DNA of 63,246 nucleotides, filler included, from Rhabdomonas costata (taxonomy: Eukaryota), in NCBI GenBank assembly GCA_019059605.1. It is 40 parts of 40 records of this genome, joined end to end, with 100 filler letters (N's around TTAATTAATTAA, not from the genome) between each part and the next. Parts side by side here need not be neighbours in the genome. Positions count along the whole stretch, not along the records: positions 36,454 to 37,935 come from JAHMHO010014795.1; positions 38,036 to 39,519 come from JAHMHO010014796.1; positions 39,620 to 41,104 come from JAHMHO010014797.1; positions 41,205 to 42,687 come from JAHMHO010014798.1; positions 42,788 to 44,270 come from JAHMHO010014799.1; positions 44,371 to 45,852 come from JAHMHO010014800.1; positions 45,953 to 47,435 come from JAHMHO010014801.1; positions 47,536 to 49,011 come from JAHMHO010014802.1; 32 more parts are not named here. One strand, 5' to 3'. A model generated the notes under the pieces. That model was given only the letters and a program-made list of their open reading frames with translations. It did no database searches and had not been told where the DNA came from. Positions 36,629 to 48,218 of this stretch are shown here, piece after piece. Position 1 is the stretch's first letter; every line of letters begins with the position of its first letter. The position numbers and the translations under genes are program-made.

Positions 36629-37815
36629 GTACCATCCTCCGCAGCTTCACTGTTGTCACTACCGCGGCCTCCAAGGCCGTTTCAGAAATTCACGATCGCC
36701 AGCCCTGCGTATTGGACACCCCGGAGGCCGTGGCGCGGTGGCTGGACACCCGCGCCCACCCCTTCGACAGCGCGGCGGTGAGGCCCCTCTTGAATCCCTG
36801 CATCAGGTCCACACCCTACCCCAAATGGGTTCCGTTTTGCTGCGAGGGGGTCTCTCTCACAGGGGGGGGTCTCTAATAGCTTCGCTCTTTTGACTTGTTG
36901 TGGCTTTGCTCTCGCGACCTGTTTTAGCTTGCTCTCCTGACCCGTTGTAGCTTTGCTCATGTGACTCGCTGATTCAGAAACAGACAAGTTAAACCGCACA
37001 TGGTCTGGTTTGACTCTTCTCGCCCCCAAACTGTTGGTGTTGCCCAAAAAATTGTTTGCGCCAAACTTGAAGGCTAGTGTGGCACGCCGTGGCCCCGGCG
37101 GTTAGCAGCTCGAAGTTCAACACCCCGCAGTGCATGGAGCCCGTAAAGCAAAGCGATGGGATTGCAAAGTTCTTCAGGTTCTCTGCGTTTTTTGGGCGGA
37201 GCGTGCTCACATGCACTCACATTACAACCTTTTCCGGTATGCTTCATTGGAAAAAGAACTGAAGGCTGAACACCATCCCTGCACCCTGTCCACCTGCGGT
37301 CGTGCCGTTGCGCCAGTTCCGCCGCAAAAAATTTCCTTTTTTGTTTTTCGCCATCCATGTTTGTCACGATTCTTCGCAAACAACTGCAGGAAGGTGAAGC
37401 CGTCAGACGAGGGCGACCTCAAGAAGGAACCCACCAAGGAGGTGCGTTTCAGGTGACAATCTTTCTCCCGTCATCTTTGGGAAATGCTGGCGAAAAGAGC
37501 TGCCGGATCCCCCCTCACCGGAAACGTTGGAAATATCTTTGGTGCACAGGACGCCGGTTTGAACCTGGTGAATCTCATTGCTTTAGTGTTAAGCAGGGAG
37601 GGGGGGGGCGTTATTACATCCCCTATCCCCGTTTTTCCGTTTTTCTAAGCTGTGACGGATTTAGTATTTGGGGTTAATCTACCACGTGTCAGTATGTCAG
37701 TGTGTCGAAGGGTAAAGGAGTACATTTTTTTGGGTTTCAGGTTGGCGTCAAGAGATCCGCGGCTGAGTCCGAGGAGAAATCTTTGGAAGAGAAGCGCAAG
37801 TTCTTCAAGCCTTGA
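36629..37815 (+). CDS. HMCES: SRAP-domain abasic-site protein (HMCES/YedK family), 3' part; exons 36629-36806, 37073-37177, 37390-37441, 37741-37815
   Basis: SFTVVTTAASKAVSEIHDRQPCVLDTPEAVARWLD...LVWHAVAPAVSS...PQCMEPV; three phase-consistent GT-AG introns; TGA stop at 37813-37815. Confidence 0.88.
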
Positions 37816-38035
37816 TCAGGGAGAACGGGTGGAGTGCAGGCTTGCCCAGGAAACCGTGACAAAGGAGGGCCGCGAGGTCGCGCCGTTCTCCCATGTAAGC
37901 AGCTATTTCGAACATAAAGATATTGACCCACCACANNNNNNNNNNNNNNNNNNNNNNNNNNNNNNNNNNNNNNNNNNNNTTAATTAATTAANNNNNNNNN
38001 NNNNNNNNNNNNNNNNNNNNNNNNNNNNNNNNNNN

Positions 38036-38412
38036 GGGTTGGTGTCTCCACGGGCGGGGGATGGTGATCTCTGGCTGCTCCGCTCGTAAACTTCGTCTCT
38101 GGAGGGCGGACGTCGGTCCACTCGATCTCGAGGTGAGTCCATTCTGTCTCTGTCCTGATAGCGATTTCGTTCGTAAACGTTTTTGGGGAGTCGCGCGCGT
38201 CTCGGCGCGGGCTCATCGCGATCTTTTCCGCGGTAGGTGGACTCTCTTCTGTCGCGTTCCCTATACGGCGACTCTCTTCTGTCACGTTCCTTATACGGCG
38301 ACTGTACTCTGTCACGGCCCCTGTTGGGGCTCACGGGGAGGGTTTTGGAAGTGCGCTCGTCCCAATGTCGGAAAGTGCTGGAAACGCAACGTTTGTCATC
38401 GGGGTTGATCCG
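38036..38412 (-). CDS. Arg/Ser/Asp-rich low-complexity frame with a 30-bp tandem repeat (ESPYRERDRR)
   Basis: Open to the contig end; two to three 30-nt units at ~38242-38316; no clear start or acceptor. Confidence 0.4.
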
Positions 38413-38544
38413 TTAGTTGGAAAAGCAGCAGTCAAGAGAACCAAACAGGCTCCAAATCCATGGGTGGTGTGTGACTGCATGGAAAACAGACCATGGCGGC
38501 TGGTAGAGGGTGAAAACTTCACGGCGTCCAACTCCATTGGAGTA

Positions 38545-39236
38545 AGGGGGGAAATGTGGGTGAAAGTATGTGTTGTGGAAGTACGTGTTTCAGGGCAAGG
38601 AGTGGTTTTTGATTTAATCCTTGGACAGGAAGGAAGATCCGGTTTCTGACATTAGGAGGACCGTTACAGCACTGCCGACAAAGCCAGCTCGCTGGCCAAG
38701 ATAATCAAACTTTATACCTGTACGCACATCTCCATTTCCTACCCCTACGACCAACAACTTATTATTGCCCACTATTGGGAACCTACCGTCATCCACTCTG
38801 CTAAAGCCGCACAGAACCAACGCCACATTGGCTTTAACACCTGAAATAAGCGTTACCAAAAGAACACCTCCAATACCATAATTACTAATCATAATCACTA
38901 ACACAACCGTATCACTAAATTAGTAATAGCCACTCAGTGTGACACGCCCACGAGTCCCACGTCTGTACACACAGCCGCCTCTTCAACCCTTCTGGAAGGG
39001 GCAACGCTGACATTTAGAGGTTAGAAAGGCCGTACTCCCCGAGAAGGGGTGTACCCATACCGTATGGCATCTAAATCCATTGCAGCACGGGTCCCGGATT
39101 TCTGAAATACTCCCAGGCCCTATTGTAACGGTCCTCCTAATGTCAGAAACCGATTCTTCTCCCCCAGACCAAAAACCACTCTTTGCCCAGAAACACATAC
39201 TCCCACAACACACGCTTTCACACACGTTTTCCCACT
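38545..39236. repeat. Diverged inverted repeat pair (38545-38668 and 39124-39236)
   Basis: 29-nt exact match TGTAACGGTCCTCCTAATGTCAGAAACCG, followed by ~90 nt of diverged collinear sequence. Confidence 0.85.
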
Positions 39237-40062
39237 AACGAAATTCCCTTTTGGCCAAATGACCTTTATGGTCATTCCCATTGACCATTGCTACTGTCTT
39301 TTCCCTGCACAATACCCGTTGTCTTTTTCGTGCTTTTCTTCCTGATTTTGATTTCATTTGGTACCGCTTTTCCACCGCGGACCTTTTGGTCACTTGACTC
39401 TCCCGGCTTGTTTTGAAATTTGCTACCGCATTAGACCAAAACTGAAGGAATCTAATTGGAAACCCCCTTTTGCTAGACCAAAACTCCGAACCCCACAAAA
39501 CTAAATGTGTAAATATTTCNNNNNNNNNNNNNNNNNNNNNNNNNNNNNNNNNNNNNNNNNNNNTTAATTAATTAANNNNNNNNNNNNNNNNNNNNNNNNN
39601 NNNNNNNNNNNNNNNNNNNGCTTCGTCGTCTTTAGTTCCCTGCCAGTGCCAAGCGTTCTCCGTTTTTGCCCCAGTCCTTCGCGTTAACTACAATTTTCTT
39701 GACTGGTTCACTGTCTATGAAGGGAAACGAAGGTATGGACCTATTCGGAAGTCGTGCTCCGCTGAACAAAAGCTTGCGACAGCTGCGTAAGTCAAGACAC
39801 AACAAACACAAATGGGTGGGTGGGCACTGTCTTGGACAGTCAACCTGTGTCAAAGTCCATTGTGAACACCTGGATTTTTTCCTGATTTGCGCAATGTTTT
39901 CACTGCACTCTTGTTCAGTATGCAATTCATTCACTCTCAGCGATTACTCTTCAAACGTGAAACCAACCCGCATCCGCTTCTACATTTTGCCTTATTCAAC
40001 TTCGTGAACAAGTGTTTCATGGAATGGTATTTCACGCGAACAAAAGCAAAGGCAGAACAGTT

Positions 40063-41103
40063 CTAAGTGCTGCTCGTCACACCTGACACTCCAGTCTCCA
40101 AGACAAGCTTCAGATGGCGCATGGTTTCCTCTGCAACCCCGCGGCTTTCGGCATGAAACTCGGAGAACCAGCTCAGGTCCACCACTGCCAGGCTGCTGGA
40201 GTCCTGTGGATACCGTCTACCCAAGGCCTTTTCCTCCGCCTCACAAAGCAGGTCTGACGCACACGCAACAGTGGCAGCAAAGGTGACTGTTTCAGCGGAA
40301 CCCCATGGATAGCCCAGCCAAAGTTCACAATATCTGGCCCATTCAGGAAGGTTGTTTAGCCCTGGACGAAACGTATCGCTCACCTAAGTATGTGATGCCT
40401 CGGCAGGGTAAGAAGATCCATAGGGTTCCCCGTACAACGTAGCACACTGGCTCACGATAACATGCGCATGGTTCAGAGAGAACTAGTGGAAAGCTACGGG
40501 AGTGTTCCAAGACCAGATTCCAATGTATTTCACAGCAATCAAAGCTCTCTGTCCCTCCAGGACGGGAAAGCAGTCCTTGTGGAAGGATCTCACGAGCCGA
40601 CGGTCACAACTCCTCCAAAAATGCTTATCCAGAACCTCTGAAACTCGTGTGAAGAGAGCATGTGGCATTAACAATTGGCAACTGTGTGGCATTGACATTA
40701 CAAAAAGTGGGTGATTTATTGACATCCCAGCACTTCTGTACAACACAAGTAAATTCCGGCATTCAACAGTCACGCAAAAGAAGCCCGCCATTCAATTCTT
40801 CCTTGAAGAAATTTGAGATACCACGGCCACGTTTTCGCCTCCCTTCCTAATGCAGGTATTCTGGTTCTGATACCCTCCGATGACAACTTGATAGCAAGAG
40901 TGAGCAGCCTCGTACCGCACGTCAGCGTCATCTGGCTCCGGAGAGAAACAAATGTTGCAGTCGTTGCTCGCCCGCACCTGGAAGGTGAACCAACCCGAGT
41001 TCATCTCCAGATGAAACATGGCATGATCCAGGAAAATGTATTTGGAATAAAGCGGAACGACAACGTAAATGGGAAGCATAGTGGAGAGACCAAAACAAAC
41101 CAC
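40063..41103 (-). pseudogene. Farnesoic-acid O-methyltransferase-like (Methyltransf_FA) domain frame interrupted by in-frame stops
   Basis: FTFQVRASNDCNICFS...YQVVIGGYQNQNTCIRK and VKYIGIWSW. One frame spans ~1 kb with TGA at 40794-40792, TAG at 40485-40483 and TAG at 40386-40384. Confidence 0.65.
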
Positions 41104-42135
41104 CNNNNNNNNNNNNNNNNNNNNNNNNNNNNNNNNNNNNNNNNNNNNTTAATTAATTAANNNNNNNNNNNNNNNNNNNNNNNNNNNNNNNNNNNNNNNN
41201 NNNNAGCAGTTGGTGGATAGATATACCAATGCATGCACCTGATAAAAGCAAATATTTTTCACTCCACTGCATCAACCGGCTTCGTCATAATTTCTTAGGT
41301 TTTGGACAGTTTCGGAAAGTCAGCATGGCTTTCACCTACTCGCTGACTTAATGCTCCTTACGGTTGAGAGGTGTCTTCAAGGTCTGGGAATGGCCTATGT
41401 ATTGGTGAAAATTGCTCACAACGGCGTAAAAGCGCGTTTTCAGCGCCCTGACCCAACCCGGGACCTCAACACAGTTGGATAGATTTTTGGGTGGTCGACG
41501 TTTTCATCCAGATCCCCCGAATTTCGGTCCGCTGTCCGGGTGGCATACAGTCGATTTGGACTAGCCCGACAAATGGATGGATGACACCAACCTCGCCTTA
41601 TAGTTCGGTTCGCATCAGCAAACGAGACCGACCTCCAGCAGATTACCACAATCGACAGATGGTTATCTCCACGATTACAACATGAATTGCGAGCGCGCGA
41701 CGAGTGCCCTACCATTCGTTGGGTGCCGTGACGGCTCTTCCCTCTCCCAGCGGCTGGTGGCAAGCGATCAACTTGTTGGATGGAAGCCGAAGCAGACCCA
41801 CAGGAACAATATCGAGACAAGCTTCCACCTGGTCACACCAAGAATAGACGTTTTTTGCACGCACGAAACCACCTGTTTAGAGGAAAACGGCAAAGGGAAA
41901 GCAAGCAGTGAACTCGGGCAAGCAGTGAACTAGGAGGCAAGTGATAAATAGTAGACACCATCCAGGTTGACAGAAAAAGAAAAAGGCGGGACACTTGAGA
42001 AGGGGAAAGACAGAGGAAAAAATTTCCGGGTGGGTGAGCAGCTGAATGATCGTGCGTTCTAGAGTGTCTTTTTTGAATCCGGTGAAGTGGTGAGGTCATC
42101 ATCAGCCTGACAAAAACTCCAAAATCAAGAAACAC

Positions 42136-42605
42136 CTGCCGGGCGATGTTCTCCGAGACCAGCACCGGGACTCCAAAGGCCTTGCACCCAACCCTCTCCA
42201 AAACCACCGCCTGCCCCACCGCCTCACTGACCACCACAAACATCCTCACCACATCGCTGCCCATGTTGCCAAAGGTGGCAGGGCCACTGGCCACACCCAC
42301 CCGCACACGGAGCCCAATGGATGAACTCAGGGGGTGAGAACCGACCACGGTCTTGGCCTTGTCTTGGTTCCCACCATCGGAAAAAAGGACTCCTGGGCCT
42401 CGTCTGCAGAAGAGTCGTCTGCAACAACCAGGGAGCGGATGAGGTCCAGGGCGGCTTGGCAGGCACACAGCTCGGCCCGACTGCATCGCCCAGGGACGTT
42501 CCAGATGGCCAGGACACGGTCCCCAACCACCTTGTCAATGAGCCCGGAGTTGGCCACCACTGCGCCATGAACCGTGGCGATATAGCGATGGTGGAGCGCT
42601 TTCGT
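42136..42605 (-). CDS. Class III adenylate/guanylate cyclase domain, divergent
   Basis: YIATVHGAVVANSGLIDKVVGDRVLAIWN...ACQAAL, then LRVRVGVASGPATFGNMGS...LERVGCKAFGVPVLVSE. The frame change near 42385 is either an intron or a T-homopolymer indel. Confidence 0.85.
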
Positions 42606-43290
42606 CTGGAAAGACACAAACAACGAGAGATTCAAAAAAAGGGACCAACGGAACAAACAAACAGGAGATGAAAGGTTACTTCACTAGNNNNNNNNNNNNN
42701 NNNNNNNNNNNNNNNNNNNNNNNNNNNNNNNTTAATTAATTAANNNNNNNNNNNNNNNNNNNNNNNNNNNNNNNNNNNNNNNNNNNNGGTGGTGGTGGGC
42801 GGCCTTCCCTGGGATGATGCCCAGCCCTCTTCCCTTCTTCGGGGTGGGCTGGCTGGGCGCCAACCTGGTGACCACGGGAGGCGGCTCCGCTAACGACGAC
42901 GGTGATGTCTCTGCCTCGCAGCACATCCTCGTGGGTACGGCTGTTGCCGCTCCCCCACTCCCTTTGCTCCCATTCTAGGGCTCGTTGTGATAATGAGCGG
43001 CTGTGGTGCTTTTTTGGTGGTAAGATCCCTCCGGTTGGCTGCATTTTGGGTGCTTGGCGATTCGCCCTTTCGCGTGCCTGTGCGTGAAAGTGTTTTTATT
43101 CCTCGTATAGGGCATAGCGTACCAGCCTGCCCTGGCACATCCTCTCCTTTCTGCATTTTGGTCTCAGTAAAAAAAAGTGAGAAGATTTGTATTTGATGTC
43201 ACTCAGTTGTTCTTCTGCCTCTCTTCTTCCTTTCTTGTCTCTCCCTGGTTTCCGGTCTCTTTCTGCGAACCGTCCCTTCGCTTCCTCGCA

Positions 43291-43408
43291 GTAAACCCGG
43301 CCTTCCCGTGCCTGAAGGTCAGCTGCCCCGAGGGCTATGCCCACCGCCCACTCCGAGCCACCGCGTATCCCACCGTGCGGTACAGCCTGGACGATTGCTG
43401 CGAAATCG
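43291..43408 (+). CDS. Small Cys-rich exon of an unknown protein
   Basis: Pyrimidine tract, then cgcag| NPAFPCLKVSCPEGYAHRP...LDDCCEI |gt. Confidence 0.4.
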
Positions 43409-44441
43409 GTCGCATTTGCATAAATGAATTTCCCGTTTGTGTGTGTGTCTTTAACTGCGTTCATAACTATGAGAAGGGTTTTTTTGGATTGCAAGGGAAG
43501 TTGCCAAGGGGTTTCGCCTCCCGCACCCCCCCCCCTGAGATTTCTAGGCGGTATGCATCCCTCCTTCCCGACAAGAAGAAGAATGTATGCACTTGGATGG
43601 AGCATCCAGCAGTTCTCTGTAATCTAACCCGTCCCGTCGCTTTGTTTCGTCTGCGCGGAGGTTCACGTGCGCAACAATAACAGGCCTATAATAATAAAGA
43701 GGTTTTTATTTTTTGAGTGGGCGTTTTTTCATTAAATTTTAATTCTGCCTTTTTGCGCCGCATTTGCATCCACAATACTTTTGCTTGACCGTGACAAAAC
43801 AACACCTTCCCATCACCCATTAACCACAATGTGATGCTCAATGGGCGGTGTCTGTATGTGTCTGGGGCCGAGTGGGGGAAGTGTACTTACTGGTGGGTGG
43901 GAGAGCTGAATCCTCGGTGGAGGTGGCATCTGCAGCTGCTTGAGCTAAGAAAAAAGGGAAGACTCTGGCTAGGGCCCAGGAAGCATTTAAAAAAAAGCAA
44001 AATCACCACAGACCACCATAAGCATATTTCACGTTTTGTGATTAAAAAAAGCCGTCACATTGTCCAGTGTCCGCTGAACACAAGATCAAAGAAACGTGTG
44101 GCACAAGGAAATGGAACAGCTCGGGACTGGGAGTCGACAGTACAATGCAGAAAAGATGGGAAGGCGACTGGGAAAAATACAAAAAAAATAATATGGGGCA
44201 CCAGCTAACTGGGGGGCTGAAACAGAAGAGGGAAGGGAAGAGTGACACACGCTGCTTGGGACCACCACAANNNNNNNNNNNNNNNNNNNNNNNNNNNNNN
44301 NNNNNNNNNNNNNNTTAATTAATTAANNNNNNNNNNNNNNNNNNNNNNNNNNNNNNNNNNNNNNNNNNNNGGGGTTTGTTCTCCTCTCATCCACCTCGCG
44401 GCAGCGTCGTTGCACCGAACTCCGCACAATCTGTGGTGCTG

Positions 44442-44720
44442 CTTGTCATTTGCGATGAAGGTAACTTTGTTCGCCCTGTGCAAACATAACATTGTGTATT
44501 ATATGCATGATATTCGATCAACTCGCTCATGAATACACTTCGGGTGAGAGAACCGAGAAGAATGTTGCAGTGGTCAGGCGTGATCGTCCTGATAAATTGG
44601 TTCATGGATGGAATCCATACGGTGAACTCCTGGACGTCACCGTGCGTCAAAGTGCGTCGTTTGACAGCTCTGGGCCCAAGACCGGTTGACTAAAGCAGTA
44701 ATGTCCAAACGCAGTCACCA
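44442..44720 (+). mobile_element. Degenerate restriction-like endonuclease (REL) region of an R2/CRE-type non-LTR retrotransposon
   Basis: Across frameshifts: LVICDEGNF, KHNIV (~RHN), then E...RRDRPDKLVHGWNPYGELLDVTV and KAVMSK, the order expected for zinc knuckle plus PD..D..K. Confidence 0.55.
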
Positions 44721-46300
44721 GGACGTGCCAACATTTTAGGGTTTTAGGGTTTTCGGATTGGCAACCTGCGGCATTGCCTCTCCCTAAACCATGCGTATTA
44801 TTGCCGACCTCAGGTGCCACTTGTGCGAGTGCTTCGGCAAATGGGGAGGGACAAGGAGGTATAAGTGCTATGTGCGATATTCGATCAACTGACTCACCTC
44901 ACGCTCTCCCCCCTCTCCCCCCACAGAGCGGATGCAGGCCGCTGGCTGGCACGAGACTTCCCTGGAGGAAGAGGAGGAGCGCCGCCAGAGAGAACAAGAC
45001 GGGGGCGTGGTGGATAGCGAAGAGGCTCGTCAGCGGGTTCTCGAGGAGGCATACCGCCCTCGCCTTGCACTTGCGGCTGTGGTGGTGGTGGGGTGGATCT
45101 GGTTAAACGGTATAACGTCCTTGAACGAATGATTACGGCCGCTGCGTTTCATCCACCCACGGAGGGTTGTGGAGTAACCTCAAGAGCCTGCGACTCAAGT
45201 TCGAGCTTTTGATGCGTCAGAGGTTAGAGGTGGGAGCGGAATAAAGGACTGAGGACACGGGGAATCATGAAGGAGCATCGAAACAACAGAGAACAGTACA
45301 TAAGCACGTCCAGGGGAACAGAAGACGTGAAGCCAGTGTTCAATGTGACCAAGGTTTTCGCACATCGCAGACAACGAATTGGGGTGGGTGGGCACCAAAC
45401 AAAAAGTTAAAATGAACAATGTGCTGCAGAAAAGGGTCGAAAACATCAGTTTCCTTCGGAAATTTTGTTTTCTCCCCGCAAGCACAAGAGAACAGCACAA
45501 AACACGTTCACGGGAACACAGAAGGGAAAATCGAAGGTATCATAAATGGTCCGGGACGTGAGTGAGGAGGGATTGTGAGAAGGCACCGTTCGGGTTTGTC
45601 CGGGGCGAGTGGTAGGGCGTGACCTCCAGCACCGCGCGAGGGAAGAGACAGCGCGTGGGCATGTCTGTGGCGGGTGGGAGGGCGTGACCTCCAGCGAGGA
45701 AACGGCGCAAGGGTCGGGAGAGAAAATCTCAAAGCTTTACAGGTCTCCTCCTGCAGCTTGGGGCAGCGCGCTGGTGGGGTCGTGGAGGCGCCCAATCGGC
45801 CATTAATCCATGGGGGGGGGCACCAAACAAAAAGTTAAAATGAACAATGTGCNNNNNNNNNNNNNNNNNNNNNNNNNNNNNNNNNNNNNNNNNNNNTTAA
45901 TTAATTAANNNNNNNNNNNNNNNNNNNNNNNNNNNNNNNNNNNNNNNNNNNNTAGAACGTTGAACTTATTATACACGAAATCTCAACAGCTCCCCTTGCT
46001 GCCCCCCCCCCCGCCCAGCAAACAAAAACTGACCAGAACTGTGGGGTGGGGGGCGTTCCCTCATTTTCCTCGTTTGGACGATCGCGGTGCGATACCGATC
46101 TGCCCTCTTTGCCTTGTCTTGTTTTATGTGGGGTTCTTGTTGCATCATAGATATGCCTTTTTCCAGTTCGCTAAATGATCGACGTGTTTTTTTATTTCGC
46201 AAAGATTCAGAGTCAGATTTATCCCTGCCTCCCCTGCCCTCTCTCTGTATTTCCCGCCACGCGGTCTCGTCGTGGTAAACTCTTCCTCCCTTCCTCCCAG

Positions 46301-46634
46301 GAAGAAGCCTTCGGCCTATCCGAGATTGGAGACCTGTTGCGCACCAGAAGCTACGTGCGGTCCTGGATCGTCATCTTCGCAGACGCCAAGTGGTCCTCCG
46401 TGCCCCTGCTGCACAGGAAGCTGATGCAGCACCTGTGGCACCCGCACTCGGAGCTGCACACGGGGTTCTACCCCCCAACTCTGCTGGTGTGGGGATCGCC
46501 GGTGCACCGGGCGGTGCCTGAAAATTCCCCGCCCTACCACATCCCTGTGCCCGTGAGGAGCCAGTACGAGCAGTGCTTCAACGTGAGGTTCTGCTGCACG
46601 TGGGAGGAGGTGCGGAGGCAGTTCCTGGGCTTGG
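46301..46634 (+). CDS. Exon of an unknown protein
   Basis: ttcctcccag| acceptor; strongly GC3-biased 111-codon frame EEAFGLSEIGDLLRTRSYVRSWIVIFADAKW...TWEEVRRQFLGL; |gtgag donor. Confidence 0.6.
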
Positions 46635-47535
46635 GTGAGCCCTGCCCTAAAGAAGTGGTGCTACAGAGATCACTCTAGACTCCTGAGAAGTTGCAGTTGT
46701 TGGCGATGACGACGTGGTGGTGGCGATGTCTTAGTGGTGACTTTGGTGGCGTGATGAGAGATGGATAGTTGTGGTGCGCGATCGGTCCTCCGATGCTTGC
46801 CACGCAGGGTGTTTGTGGGCTTATGGAAATCGGGAAGGTGCTCCTTGAACTTGGGAGCTTCGGGGTCGGGAAGTGGAAGCGGTCGCACGCCAACTGTGAC
46901 GAGACTCAGTGTTCAGAGAGGGCAGGAAAGCAAGGCGGAGGCTGTGAAAAGCGGGGGTGGGGAGGTGTTTCGTTTGTTCTTTGTTTTGAGGTAATGCTGT
47001 GACAGCTGACCAGGAAAGAGCAGGAAAGCAAAGCGTCGAATTCCTTCCTATTGTATATGCGCTCCGAAGGAGCTCTGAGGGACACGTACTTGGTGGCCTG
47101 AAACCAGCCACCTTCTCAGAACTTGCGCTGGGCAGCCACCATGTGCCCGCGTTTCCGAGGCACTGCCCTCTGCTGTATACACCTGTGCCCCCGCCTCACA
47201 TTCACTACCCACCCACTCGCCACTACGGCATCTCGCTGTGGCCGTGGCTTTCCACTCGTTTCCTATTTTTGCCCTCCCCTTCGCGCCTGTGTTGGCCCCT
47301 TTCCGGAACGAACGCTCCCCCTCTCCTCCTCTAATACACAGTTCACAGCAAGCATTGATGACTTGTCGTGTTGTCCCAGCCTTGAACTTTTTGGGACTGT
47401 CCATGTGCTGGCGGTGGACCTGCTCAAAACACCACNNNNNNNNNNNNNNNNNNNNNNNNNNNNNNNNNNNNNNNNNNNNTTAATTAATTAANNNNNNNNN
47501 NNNNNNNNNNNNNNNNNNNNNNNNNNNNNNNNNNN

Positions 47536-48218
47536 GGTGGGGGGGGTGTGGAAGGACGACGAGATGCATGGTGGTGGCCGGCAGACCTTCGAGGATGGAA
47601 GCTGGTGTGCGATTATGGTGAAGAGAGCTAAGGGCCATGGGAGGCAGGATGGTGCGCCGAACGATGCAGCTGCTTCGAACCTTTGATCTTTAGAAAGCAG
47701 AGTTTTTTCGGTCCATCTGGCACTTTTTTGGCCACGGGTGGGAATTACGACAATAATATTTTGGGATTAAGTATTTCTGGTTCTTACGTAAAAAAAAGAA
47801 TCGGTGAAATTTTCACAATAACAACAGCATTTTCATCACTATCGGGGCCCTTTGCTGCACTACGCTCTGTGGGCACCTCCTTGCCGAACGGAAACACCAA
47901 AAATGTGATCATTCGAAAACGCAAAAGAACTTCCTCTTCCAAAAGAAGATCAGCTGTGGCGCTCATTTTATGTGGTTTGTGTGTGTGCGTGTGTTGTCTT
48001 GTTTTCGGGTTCTGTTTTCTCTGAGAAGGGTTTCCTCCCTTGTGTGTTGTGTGGGTATGGTCATGTTGATAGGTACGAGGGACAGATTGCAATGGGCGCG
48101 AGGGAGGGCTTTGGGGTCTTCGTGGACCATACGGGGTCCCGTTACGAAGGGATGTGGCGGCAGAATGAGCGCCACGGCCGGGCGACGTTCACCTACGCCT
48201 CAGGAGAAATCATGGAAG
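47536..48218 (+). CDS. MORN-repeat protein; exons ~47536-47604 and 48073-48218
   Basis: WKDDEMHGGGRQTFEDGSW/YEGQIAMGAREGFGVFVDHTGSRYEGMWRQNERHGRATFTYASGEIMEG. Confidence 0.9.

Noticed and set aside
40063..41103. Genome-wide stop-codon reassignment (Blastocrithidia-like)
   Set aside because: Well-conserved exons elsewhere contain no internal stops, and the SRAP gene ends at an ordinary TGA.
42056..42076. TTCTAGAGTGTCTTTTTTG resembling a euglenid spliced-leader exon
   Set aside because: Short imperfect match with no following GT donor or SL RNA structure.
45390..45852. 35-nt direct repeat (45390-45424 and 45818-45852) as an LTR or TSD
   Set aside because: The second copy abuts the contig end after a G-run, consistent with a chimeric or mis-joined read.
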